Shown piece after piece: positions 1 through 11,833 of a DNA stretch of 64,000 nt. Made by a program: the position numbers and the translations under genes. Below the pieces are notes generated by a model. It saw only the letters and a list, made by a program, of their open reading frames with translations, had not been told where the DNA came from and made no database searches. Each line of letters opens with the position of its first letter. Positions within the stretch are counted from its first letter, which is position 1. The stretch comes from Octopus sinensis (Eukaryota): contig NC_042998.1 in NCBI RefSeq assembly GCF_006345805.1, positions 163,618,001 through 163,682,000 of the forward strand, given 5' to 3'.

Positions 1-467
1 ATCCTTTTACGTGTTTCTTTTTCTTGTCTTGCTTTTGTTATTTTGACACACACACACACACACACACACACATGATATAGTTGTCAAATCTCCTCTGTTC
101 AGTTGGATCATAGGTAGGAGGCTGGGAAAGTGTCTTTTCTGCCTGCAACTACATGGGCACCTAAATACAGTTAACAAAAGCATGGTACTTACCATTCAGT
201 TATACTGCTTGGAAGTGATGACCATGGTTTTCTACACATGCACATGTGCTGGTAACACATAAAAGGCAGCTGTGCCGGTTACACGCAAAAGACATCCACT
301 ACACTCTATGGAGTGGTGGGCATTAGGAAGGGCAGCCAGTCGTAGAAACCAAGCTGAAATAGACTGGAGCCTGGTACAGCTCTTCAGCTTATCAGCTCTA
401 TTCAGACTGTCTTACCCATCTCATCATGGAAAATGGTTGCTAAATGGTGATGATGAATCACACACAT

Positions 468-508
<41 letters not shown>

Positions 509-815
509 TGCACACATATCAATGAATGAATGACAAAAGAACAGGAGTTACATAATTACCTTCATTAGTTTACAGCTGTTTCTGCTATAAGGAACAGTGC
601 ACTCAGAGCTGATTGCTTTTATAACATCCTATAGCTTTCTTGGAGCCATTAAAATGAAGTATATGTTCATTTGAGAAGCACTTAGTTCTGAGTGCTCAGT
701 TTCTTATAGCAAAAATGACAGTTTTAATCCTTTAGCATTTAAACCGGCCATATTCCAGCCCAAATATTCTGTTTTATGTTCAAACTGGCTAGATTTGGCT
801 ATATCCTTAGATATA

Positions 816-1704
816 CAGAGTGTTCTAGAGGTCTTGGGCACATTTTGACATTGAATATCTCGAAAACGATTAAGGACATAAAACGCATCTGATATATTCT
901 GAAAGCCTGCAATTTCAAGTTTTTTATGGAATGTTCAATGTGAGCACCGTTGGTCACACAGCACACATCAAGCCGATAGTCCAATTCTTGCCAAACGCAT
1001 TCCAGCATTGTGTTGTCGATGGTTCTAACAGCTTTCGTTATTCGGGCCTTCAGTTCATCCACGTCTTTTGGAAGAGGAAGCATATAGACCAGTCCTTTCA
1101 CAAATGCCCACAAAAAGAAATCACAGGATGTGAGATCTGGAGACCTGGGAGGCCAGGGCATAAGAACGCAATCATCTCACCCAGACCGTCCAATCAATCT
1201 GTCTGGCAGTGTTGTGTACAGATATTGTCTAACCCTGAGTCTCCAGTGCGGTGACACCCCATCCTGTTGGAAAATGAAGTCCCACCTGGCTCTTCTGATC
1301 GATTTACAGGGGCTCTGCTCGAAGGCAGTTCGAACTCACTCAACCGTATCACCTGAAGTTTAGGGGCGTCCTGTTCTCTTAGCTGGGCACAAACAAACAT
1401 CCTTCATGAATTTACCATGCCCTCTCAATATGGACTTCCTTTCTGGTGCTTCTTTCTGGAATTTTGTGCGAAACGCACGTTGAACAAGTGTCCATGATCC
1501 AGTTTTTGCAAATTCAAGGATGCAAAATGCCTTTTCTGGTTGAGTGAACGCCATTACTGGATCTGAAAAAATATGAAAAAATCATTAACATTACAAAAAC
1601 TTAATGAATTTAGCTTTAAAATGGTACCAATTTCATCTTACTACCAATCATAGTCCAACAGATATGAGGACTTAAAATGTGCCCAAGACTTCTGGAACAC
1701 CCTG
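816..1704 (-). mobile_element. Internally deleted Tc1/mariner element (rosa/DD41D-like), 889 bp
   Basis: TA TSD at 814-815 and 1705-1706. About 30-bp TIRs (cagagtgttctagaggtcttgggcacatttt versus revcomp cagggtgttccagaagtcttgggcacatttt). Transposase remnants described below. Confidence 0.95.
925..1554 (-). pseudogene. Mariner-type transposase pseudogene
   Basis: N-terminal HTH region MAFTQPEKAFCILEFAKTGSWTLVQRAFR...RTGRP fused by deletion to DFIFQQDG...WPPRSPDLTSCDFFLW...GAHIEH. Contains stops and frameshifts; the first catalytic D region is missing. Confidence 0.92.
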
Positions 1705-1830
1705 TATAATCACATCACTGGAATCCTGATGCTATAAGAGAACACATGATTAATTCAAAACAATGTAAATATATGAGCATTACATTTGACAAAGTAATCT
1801 AAATGCAAGCCCATTTTATTTCACCCACAG

Positions 1831-1842
1831 GCTGATATACTT
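1831..1842 (+). CDS. Candidate 12-nt micro-exon (ADIL in phase 0) of an unidentified gene
   Basis: Acceptor attttatttcacccacAG at 1829-1830, exon gctgatatactt, donor GTATGT at 1843. Phase 0-0 joins in frame to exon 3607-3695. Confidence 0.4.
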
Positions 1843-3606
1843 GTATGTACAGAATACAGTAAAATTTTTCAATTATAAAATTTACACAATATTCATATGC
1901 CTATTTGTGACAGGTCACATTTCCACTACAACTTAAAATGGTTAGACTCAAACAGAAACTCGTCCAGTAATTGCCATTTGAATGGAAATTTTGTTTTCAC
2001 TAGAAAACATAGAAAACCACCCCCTTGAGACCCAACTACACTCTAGCTGAGAAATATAGAACACCTCATAAGTAATATAAACATCCAAAATTTAGTGGCT
2101 GTGTTAATGAAGATGTTATACATTAATTTAATGTGTTAAACTTATCTTTATTAATGTATATCGAATTATACATAGATATCTACAAGATCTACGAGTTAGA
2201 ACTTGTGATCTGCTCAAGGACCTTTTTTCTTTGTAAATTTTTGCCCACTGCACTACAAAGTTTCTCCACCCCTGGATTAAGCTGATGTAGGGGGATTACA
2301 AAAATTTTGTTCTTTTGTCATTCTTCAATTGATATACTGTGTACTCTTCTAATGCTTTATTCTAAAGCATAATTATACTGAGTTCAAACAACTGGTTATT
2401 AATACCACTGTACTTAAATGAAATCATAAAATATATATGTTTGTAAGTGTGCATATAAACACATCTTCATGAAATACCACCAATGCGTCATATGTCATCT
2501 GAGTGAATGCAATATGCAGCAACTGTCCAGATGCTCATCTTATGTGTGTGTGTGTGTGTATATATGCACATCCTAAAATAACACAATGCCTTATATGCCT
2601 GAGTGAATGCAGTTGGCAGTAGCTGTGAAGAAGCTCATCTTATATGTCTTTGTGTTCGTGTGTGAAAATGCATGGCTTAGTGGCTAGGGATATTTGGCTT
2701 ATAATCATATGGTCATGTGTTTGATTCCCTGTGGTGCATTGTGTTCTTGAGCAAGATACTTTATTTCACATTGCACCAGTCCATTCAGCTGGCAAAAATG
2801 AGTTGTACCTGTATTTCAAAGGGCCGGTCTTGTCACATTGTATCATGCTGAATCTCCATGAGGACTATATGAAGGATTTGTGTGTTTGTAGAGTGCTCAG
2901 CTACTTGCATGTTAATTTCATGAGCAGGTTGTTCTGTTGATCAGCTCAGCAGGAACCCTCATCATAGCAACCAACAGAGTGCCATTTGAATTTGTGTGTG
3001 TGTATTGGCCTCAGAATTTATGTGTGTGTGTGTGTGTGTGTGTGTGTGAGTTGCATCACTGAAATAATTGCAGTAAACTGGTACATCAAATAAAAATACT
3101 TTGTAGAATTTATTTCTCACAAGTTCCACAGATACACCATTTTCACTTTTATAAATGTAGTGAACTAGTAATTGACTTATTGGAAACATGTAATCAACAA
3201 GGCTATTCTTCGGAAAATGAATCATATAAATCAGTCCAACAAATAAATAAACCTTCATTTAGTTATAATAAAACCTAGCTCATTATGTGACACTATAACC
3301 ACACAAATCTGGTTACAACACTTTAGACGGTCATTCAGACATTGGTAAATAGAGAAAAGAGAATTTTTGACATTTGTCCAAAGCAATGGAAATTGATCTT
3401 GAAAGAAGTCAGTGATTGGGAGGAATAGCAGTAATATGTCTGAGATTTGTCCAAGCAATGTAAACATGGAGGAGAAAAAAAGAGACATTAAACTGTCAGT
3501 GAAGAGGATCACTTTGTTTTGATATTTATTAGTGTTACTAATGTTGCTTTTTATGTTCTTGTTGTTATTGATGGTGTGTTTGTTTTGTTTTGTTTTTCGC
3601 CAACAG

Positions 3607-3695
3607 AGGAGTGCTAACCAAGCCAAAACAGAGAAACTAGAAAAAGAACTGAAGTCATTCCATGCTGTTAGAAATTCCCTTTTGGCTGAAAGACG
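3607..3695 (+). CDS. Coding exon of an unidentified gene, peptide RSANQAKTEKLEKELKSFHAVRNSLLAER(R), coiled-coil-like
   Basis: Long T-rich tract followed by cgccaacAG acceptor (3605-3606); donor ACG|GTAAAA at 3696. Only one of three frames is open (phase 0 to 2). Non-repetitive, charged helical peptide. Confidence 0.6.
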
Positions 3696-3926
3696 GTAAA
3701 AACCTTCTTTAGTTTTACATTTATCTGTATTACAAATATTCCTTGTTTTGTTTCATTTGTTTTCTTTTGTTTTGCTTTTCTTTTTATTTTTGCTTTGCTA
3801 CAAAACAGGAAATTCAATACTTTAGTTTTGGTTTTTACGATGTCAATCTATGTTAGTTTTAGAACTTCAAGAGACCATAATATCTGCAAGTATTTGTGTG
3901 GGTAAAAGTGATCTCACATGTACTCA

Positions 3927-3965
<39 letters not shown>

Positions 3966-4665
3966 TCATTTATACACGTACGTACATATTCACTCACATG
4001 CACACACATACACATGCAAAAGAGTTTTTTTAACTAAATCAGAACACATAGATAACAATCCTTGTTTAACATCTACTTCAAATTAAGTTAGACATTTCTA
4101 TTAAATCACATACATCATATAAATTCAACACTACTTACTTTGAGCCTGTTAAGGAGCCTTTAATTTGTGGTTCAGCTGCTAGAAATTGCAACCAAATCAC
4201 CCTCAACTCATACAGTTTTCTTAAAATTGTATAAGAGATTTCTCAATGTTCTTAAAATGGCATCAATGATTTCTAAAATCTAATTTAACCATTTCCTCAG
4301 AATTCTTCCTGTCACATACTTTCATTGTTGGTACTTTTACCCCAGCTATATGTTGCAATGTGTTTTTCTCTTTAATGAGGGCCTTACTTCTTACTTGAGC
4401 ATCATAGAGGGTCAGTATTTTCTTATCCTAAATAGGATACCTATCTTTTGAGATACTATTTGCACAATCATTTACATGTGAGATTATCATAAGAAATCAT
4501 CATAGATTGTGGTTTTAGTAACTCAGTTGGTTTTCACTTAGTGTTTTCCATGTGTAGAGATAGTATGGTAGAAGAGTTTGCTCTGTGTAATGGCTATAGG
4601 GCATCCAGCCCTAACCATAGGTGATTTTTTTAAACTTTACATTAAAATTACATGCACACACAAAT

Positions 4666-4699
<34 letters not shown>

Positions 4700-4977
4700 A
4701 GACACATTCTCTACAGCAGAAATGTTAAGATTGTTCTCCTTTATGAAGAGGATTGGCCTGCAAGAGTCCTGTGCTGGTGCCACATACAAAGTACACATGC
4801 CGGTGCCACGTTAAAACCACCCAGCACACACTGTAAAGTGATTGACATTAGGAGGGGCATTCAGCCATAGAAACCATGCCAAATCAGACTGGAACCTGGT
4901 GCAGCTTTCTGGCCCACCATCTCTGGTCAAACTGTTCAACCTATACCAGCATGGAATACAGATGTTTCACAAGGATG

Positions 4978-5015
<38 letters not shown>

Positions 5016-5554
5016 CTAGCCTTGAAGCTGCCCTTCGGCAGCATTCTACGTGGCTCCTGCAGAAGGCACCTTTGAGGCCTTCCGCCCCGCAATCAGGCCA
5101 CTTCACAGCCCTTTACCCTTGTGTAATGTAATGTGCAAACTTATTTCTGCCAATGTGCTAAGCACTGATGCTGATCATAGTTTAATCAATAAGCATAGGA
5201 ATGAGGTAAATGCAGTAAAAATAGTGGGCAGGTCAATGGGGTGCCATTTAAGCAGCCCTTCAGAAATTTAACCTCCTTATGATACTCCCTGGGAGTTCAT
5301 GGTATGAAATTCATTGTCATTGCTCTGATTTGGTCACCAATTCCATGCATTTAGTTTAAAATGCAGTAAAAATAGCGGGGGTCAGTGGTGCCCCAATTAG
5401 GCAGCTCTTAAAAAAATAGACCCTCTTAGGACATTCCCTGGGATTAGGGAAGTTGTTGATTTGAGTTACCTTGTCGTTGCGCCAACAGTCTAGGAGGAGT
5501 TAACAAACATAAAACAATATCAGAGAGAGAACATCACTCAAATTTATAATAGGA
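5016..5554 (-). mobile_element. Non-autonomous Helitron
   Basis: On the minus strand: A|TCCTATTATAAA...GCTAG|T. GC-rich hairpin gctgcc-cttc-ggcagc at 5027-5042 near the 3' end; no TSD; two internal repeats of about 150 bp. Confidence 0.8.
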
Positions 5555-5728
5555 TATATATCTATATAAATATTGGTGCCTTGTTGTACCATTTACCTAC
5601 TTCTATATATATACATATATATATAAATATATATATATATCAGTAAGTTGTCCATAAGTTAGAAATAAAAACACACTCAATACAAGTAATAATGCTGATA
5701 TATATTTCTGTATCAATCAAGCGGTATA

Positions 5729-6174
5729 TCTATTATATAAAATCCGTTCTGTCTGTGTGTCTTCTAGGATCTCGGGCATCCTCCATCCGATTGTGCTTAA
5801 ATTTGATATGTAGATACCAACGGTATCAGGGCGGGTATAAGTCTTGAAAAAATTGCAAAAATCGATTCCAGGTGAGAATGTGATCAATAAAGCCATAGCA
5901 ACGTGCATTTGTATGCGCAAGTACATCAGCTGTTGTGATGTACTTACTGGTACTTTAAACTCTTCGGTTGCATATTTGTGTGAATAAAATCGTTTTTTTT
6001 TTGGAATACAAAAAATGTCTATCTTTATTTCTTCTTTTGCTGGTGTCTCAAATTTAGGTTAAATCAGTGTTTCTCAAAGGGGAGGCCTATGGGATGGTCA
6101 GACAAGTTGTTTTGAGAATTTAAATGTTTGACAACTCAGCACCGTACATTGGACAGGGGGTGTTTTGCTTGTAG
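5729..6174 (+). mobile_element. Non-autonomous Helitron-like element, copy 1
   Basis: 5' A|TCTATTATATAAAATCCGTTCTGTCTG; colinear with the copy at 12475-13005. Confidence 0.7.
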
Positions 6175-7374
6175 CATATAACTGGCCATAATGCCACCAT
6201 AGGTTTCATGTTCAATAGTATTACTAGATAATATTAACAACTCTTCAGACCTTCTTTGCAACTATGAATTTATATGACCCCAGATATTTTGGGAAAGAGT
6301 CACATATTGTCTAGTGGCAATATACAGTACAAAATAGGCAGTAACATTCTATTTAGTTACATACCATAACCATTAATATAGTCATTGATGATATAAATGT
6401 ATGTGTGTGTGTATGAATGTATGTATATATGTATAATCATAATTTTCCAATAAAAGGTGTAAAATACATTTCTTGTATGATTCCAGAAAAACTTTGAGTC
6501 ACATTTTATCAAGTGATGGCTCTCAAAATATAATGTGTATGTGCACTACACACACAACCGAATCCCTCCACTATACACACATATGTACACATTGCAACCT
6601 TTAACCCCATCCCCTTATCACCCTATCACTTACTTGACCATCACCCTCTTATTTATTGTATTATTCTGCTGTTGTAAGAAATGAAAGCAGAAACTTTTAA
6701 TACATACCATAGTATATTGGTTTCAAATTTTGGTACAAGACTAGCAATTTTGGGAGAGGGCTAAGATGATTAAATTATCCCGTTTTCAACTGGTACTTGT
6801 TTAATCAACCCTGAAAGGGATGAAAGGCGAATTCAATCGCAGCAGAATTTGAACCTAAAATGTAAAGTTGGACAAAATGCCATTATGCATTTTGCCCAGT
6901 GTGCTAATGATTCTACTGCCAACCACCACTCCCAGTCTTTGTGCTATACTCAATCATCCATCCCTCATTCTTATCATTCTTACCATCATTTCCAACTTAT
7001 GTATCACTCTCACTCCTGTTCATAATTCATTACATTCACACCCCATATACATCTAACCATTTCCACCCCATGTCTTTATCCGTCTCTCACTTTTCTTCCC
7101 ATTCTTCTGAAACTTCACCCACCCTTGTTGGTTCTTCTGTTCACCTTCTTGGACATGCTGCCATGAATGTATGTTCTGGCATTTCCTAACCACTATATTT
7201 ACCTCACTTTTGGACACCAACCCAGTCTCCCACATCCACACATGAAAATTCTGTGAAAATGTGAGTTAGCCATGAATCTCCTGCACATTCTTTCACATTC
7301 ACCCTGGTCATGTTTTAACCTCTCAACATCTTGTTTGAAGCAACTACCCTATTTTCTGTTCCCTCTCTCAGAAG

Positions 7375-7580
7375 AGCAGGTGACCTCATTTGTGCTGGTA
7401 CCATGAAGAAAGCACCCAATACACTCTATAAAGTGGAAGATATTAGGAAGGCCATCCAACCATAGAAACCAGGTCAAATCTGAAACACTTGAGCAAGACA
7501 TGGCTCTCTTAGCTATTGAATCTTGTCCAAATGTTTGAGCCCATGCTAGCATGAAAGCGGATGTAAAAATGATGCTAATG
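7375..7580 (+). mobile_element. Short retroposon family D (ccatgctagcatggaa...gatgatg tail)
   Basis: Shared motif taggaaggccatccaaccatagaaacc...ccatgctagcatg. Other copies at about 240-455, 4790-4980, 23240-23410, 39140-39360 and 44165-44340 (+); 28440-28600, 35455-35545 and 51020-51290 (-). Confidence 0.7.
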
Positions 7581-7599
7581 GTGATATTGATAATGATAG

Positions 7600-7666
7600 G
7601 TACATATACATATTTATATGTTTGTGTTAACATACATACATACATACGTGTGTGTGTGTGTGTGTG

Positions 7667-7707
<41 letters not shown>

Positions 7708-7731
7708 TATATATAATCATATATATATATA

Positions 7732-7768
<37 letters not shown>

Positions 7769-7776
7769 TATATATA

Positions 7777-7808
<32 letters not shown>

Positions 7809-8010
7809 ATATATAATATATATATATATACACATACATACATACATACGCAAACATTATATATACATATATATAACGTACATGCATACATACATATATA
7901 CATACATATATATACACACATCCAGCTACCCATATATATGAATATATGCTCACAGATACATGCTTGTGTATATGTATACATACCTATACACATGTAAACA
8001 CACACATACA
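7600..8010. repeat. Compound (TA)n/(CA)n microsatellite. Similar tracts at about 32455-32535, 34575-34880, 37050-37160, 45050-46200, 56900-57450 and 57980-58400; (AAT)n at 17733-17834, 19045-19090 and 55020-55085
   Basis: Directly visible dinucleotide and trinucleotide runs; these generate most of the long ORFs in the track. Confidence 0.95.
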
Positions 8011-8830
8011 TACACTCACACTTAAACGATAATATAATATTATATATAGTGTGTGAGAAAGAAAATCACGAGTACAATTTTTACTAGCATATCATTTCAT
8101 TGTTCCCTCTTCATCTTGTCACTGTTTTTTACAGCCATTTTTTTATCTTTCCATGCCATCACGAAGAGGTGTGGAGAAAGGGGCTGTGTTCTTAAATTTG
8201 GATATTTGCATATTATAGGAACAATTGATTTTCACAGCTGGATGCCCTTTCTACCACTAACCAACTCATCTGTGACATAAGAATGGAACCTGTCTGTCAG
8301 TGCGGAATAATGTGGAATTGTGACAACGACTGTTTAACTCTATTTGTCTGTAAAGAACATAGATAAATCTGATTAGATCAGTCGATGGCTTCGTGTCTGA
8401 AACAGAAATCTGTTTAAGAGTTGCCAAAATTAAACTTTTGCAGCTTTTTTTTCTCTTTTTCTTTTTTCTTTTTTCTTTTTCTTTTTTTTAACATACATAA
8501 ACCAATGAAGAAAGTCAGAAATGTTATTTTATATTTTTATCATTTTATTATTACCTGTTTTTTTTTTGTTGCTGAATTTTTATTCATACGAAGCTAAATT
8601 ATGAAATATCAGACATTTCAAGCATTATAACTGTCATGTTTGTTTTCTTCTACACAAGATTAATAAGATATTTGTTGTTGTTATTGCTGCTGCTGTTATT
8701 GTTACAGTTGTCGTTGTTGCTGCTGTTGTTGTTGTTCAACCCTTGGCCAAAAATGATTGAGTAAACCTATGTTTAGAGAGATTCTAGATATTCTGCTTCA
8801 CCCATGCTAGCATGGCAAAGTAGATATTGA

Positions 8831-9270
8831 CCCTTTAGCATTTAAACCAACCACATCCAGCCCAAATATTCTTATTTCTTTATTGCCCACAAGGGGCTAA
8901 ACATAGAGGAGACAAGTAAGGACATTAATTTGATTATATCGACCTCAGCGCGTAACTGGTACTTAATTTATCGACCCCGAAAGGATGAAAGGGAAAGTCG
9001 ACCTCGGTGGAATTTGAACTCAGAACGTAACGGCAGACAAAATACCACTAAACATTTCGCCCGACGTGCTAACGTTTCTGCCAGCTTGCCAGTTTACATT
9101 CAAACTGGCCAGCTTCAGCCTCTCATGCGTACCCTATGATGTCACTCTGAAAATAAACAATCACCTCATCGAAATCTCAAAACTTCAAGACAATGTATGA
9201 TTAATTCAAAAACAAAGTGAGCAAATAAAATAAGCATTACGTGTGACAGAGTAATTTGAATGCTAAGTTG
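8831..9270 (+). mobile_element. piggyBac-type MITE family 1, interrupted by a SINE
   Basis: 5' ccctttagcatttaaacc and 3' aatgctaag-ttgttaa; SINE inserted at about 8871-9090. Confidence 0.75.
8871..9090 (-). mobile_element. tRNA-derived SINE family B (young, CpG-rich copy)
   Basis: Minus strand ggcaagctggcagaaacgttagcacg...gagttcaaattcc...ggggtcgataaattaagtaccag. Other copies at about 6720-6925 and 23540-23748 (-); 50545-50710, 58740-59400 and 38720-39000 (+). Confidence 0.85.
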
Positions 9271-9489
9271 TTAAAACTATGATGATGAGTTGGCAAATAT
9301 TTGTTTTTGAAATTTCTGCAAAGAATGATTTAATCATCGTCATCATCATCATTATTTAATGTCCACTTTTCCATGCTTGCATGTGTCAGACAGAATTTAT
9401 TGAGGCTTATTTTTTTTACAGATCGATACAAAGAACTGTGTGTATGCACATATCCGCCCATAGCCTCCTACCTCATAGATTTCCATCAC

Positions 9490-9760
9490 ATGTGCTGGTA
9501 CAGACGTGTTTTTCGTTTCCTGCTAGATCATTGTGCCAGAGCTTCATTCTCATTCAATGCAACATCCAAGTTGGAAGAGGCCTCATGGCAGACACAGCAC
9601 TCGATGGCTGGACATGATTGGGAAGGATCTCCAGAGGTTTGACATCACCTTGGATGATGCAAAGGGGCTGGCGCAAGACTGTTAGTGATTGAGAGCACTG
9701 AAGGATCTGATCAGCTCTACACATGATGATGCCTCTGGGACCACTAACTTGGAATGATCC
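9490..9760 (+). mobile_element. RTE-clade LINE 3' remnant
   Basis: Translation DHCARASFSF / WKRPHGRHSTRWLDMIGKDLQRFDITLDDAKGLAQD..LRAL, typical of the RTE ORF C-terminus (W.RP.GRP..RW.D). Confidence 0.75.
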
Positions 9761-10459
9761 CAGCCCCATCAAGCAAGAACATGAAGCCAGCCACACCCTT
9801 CTGGTTGCTAGCCCTCACCAGTTTCCAAGCAAGGTGATATTTTCGCATAGCTTGACATGTTTCTCACAGAAGAGTAGAAGTGAACTACCTCACTTGTCTG
9901 ATATGCTAGGGATGCTCAATTATAACCATTACCTGATGTCTAGAGAAGAGTACGCACAAACACATACAAACACATGCACATATACATGTTTAATTGACGA
10001 TGATGATGATATAGATAGATAGATAGATAGGCAGGCAGATAGCCAGACAGACAGACAGACAGGCAGATAGACAGACACACATACAGACATTAGCAAATGG
10101 ATTATCCAGCATTACTACAATTGTTTCATTAGAAATTTTTATTGTAACATAAGCATAATACAATTAGATTGTATAGAATGATACATAACTCCAGACTCAA
10201 CAGACCACCAAATAAACAAGTGAGCAGTGACTTGTTTTATTGTATTGTTACACCATGCTTAAGTTGCCATTCATTATTAACTAATTTTGGATACTTTTGG
10301 AATTCCGAATTACATAACAACAGTGAAGCTCCTTCATTGATGCATTCCATGTTGTGTCATTCTGTCTCGCCAATTTGTGGCATGCTTCACTTTGATATAC
10401 TTTGATCTTTTATGGATCCCCTGTAATTAAAACTGCACATATATATATATATATATATA

Positions 10460-10741
10460 TGTTTGGATGGATGGATTAGCATGTGCGCAGCTTGATCCTC
10501 CGTCTCCCACAATGCCAGACTGTCATCATTGCAAAGCGCTGCGACGGCCACCCCAAATCATGTGGCTGACACATAATGGAACCCGACAGCAGCAGAAGAG
10601 GAACAGCAAGGCCGCACACACGTGGACGACAACGAACAAACAAAACGGACAGACGCCCAGTCTGTTCACGCCCACTCTTCGCTCACTTGTCTCATGGATC
10701 CTCGTCATTTCTTCCTTTACACCCGCCCGCTGCTGCCCTCA
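10460..10741. mobile_element. Possible solo LTR (TG...CA), GC/CpG-rich, inserted in (TA)n
   Basis: TG and CA termini, (TA)n on both sides, about 17 CpG in 280 bp; no convincing ORF. Confidence 0.35.
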
Positions 10742-11754
10742 TATATATATATATTATATTTTTTTTAAATATTCATATGTTATGTATTGATATATGTATA
10801 TGCATTTTAAGTCAAATTTATATATGTATGAGTATGATTGCCTAATTTGAGTTTATATCTTAAGTCCTATACATACATACATACACACACACATATATAT
10901 ATACACACACACACACATATATATAATCATACACACACATATATATATATATACACACACACATATATATAATCATACACACACACATATATATAATGTC
11001 AATTTCAATTTTCCTGGCAATAGATCTGTGACAACCAATTAGTTATAAAATATATATCAAATTCAAAGCTAATTATTTTCAACTAATTTTGGTTCACGCT
11101 GAATTGTATTGAAGAATTGGCTAAACCAGTTTTCAGTTGAGTAATTGATAACAAGGAATTTTAAATTCTATTTGGATGAGAGTAAAATATTTTATGATAA
11201 TTTTCCTATTTTGCTTCCCTGATTATGTAAATATCTATATTTAGGTAAATTGTTCAGAAATTTAACGATATTAACAAGTGGTTTCTGTAAATTATTTATT
11301 GAAGCCTTTGTTTAAATTATTTGCTTAATGCTTGTTGCTTGTAAGGCTAAGGTAATTGGATAAAAATAGGCTAGGGCCTGCTAATAATGTTTTATCTTAT
11401 TGAAATATATTAGGCATATTTAGAGTATTGCATGCCTAAATATAAAGGAAAGTGATTGCCCTAAAAGTATTAACCTGCCCTTGCAATCTTCCTCCCACCC
11501 ACCACCTTGTGTGAATGCTATTTGGTTGTTGGAAAGAGTGAGCCATAAAAAGCCTTTTATCTGTAGGCATTTTGTCATTTTAGGCACCGTTGACATGGCA
11601 ACGAGTGTGAAAGCTAGTAAAATGTCAGCACGCTGCCATATCCAACTTTACAAAACATTCATTGGTTGTGACAAATTCTGCCCTCAGGCACTATGACTCA
11701 GTGACCGAAACAACATTCTCTATATTTGTCTCATCAAGATCCTCTTTTTCTTAG

Positions 11755-11833
11755 TGAAGATGAGGAGGCAACGCCAGGAAAAATATATCGACACATACTT
11801 CGACGATGTAATGAGAAGTACGGCTCGAAATGA
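11755..11833 (+). CDS. Probable terminal coding exon, (R)EDEEATPGKIYRHILRRCNEKYGSK-stop; possible internal donor at 11818
   Basis: Acceptor cctctttttcttAG at 11753-11754. Phase 2 matches the donor of exon 3607-3695. CpG-rich relative to background; in-frame TGA at 11831-11833 followed by largely non-repetitive UTR-like sequence. Confidence 0.5.

Larger units (their letters stand above)
728..1810 (+). mobile_element. TTAA-flanked piggyBac-type MITE family 1, split by the mariner insertion
   Basis: Begins ttaa-tcctttagcatttaaaccggcc and resumes after 1706 with the same internal sequence as the intact copies at 27580 and 35916. Confidence 0.75.

Noticed and set aside
3255-3626. 123-aa hydrophobic minus-strand ORF
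   Set aside because: A low-complexity antisense reading of purine-rich and T-rich intron-like sequence; it overlaps the acceptor of the + strand exon.
7349-8011. Long ORFs in the track (e.g. 7349-8011, 34401-34979, 45769-46327, 57997-58564)
   Set aside because: They are translations of (TA)n/(CA)n microsatellites giving YI/HT/CV repeats; no splice or homology evidence.
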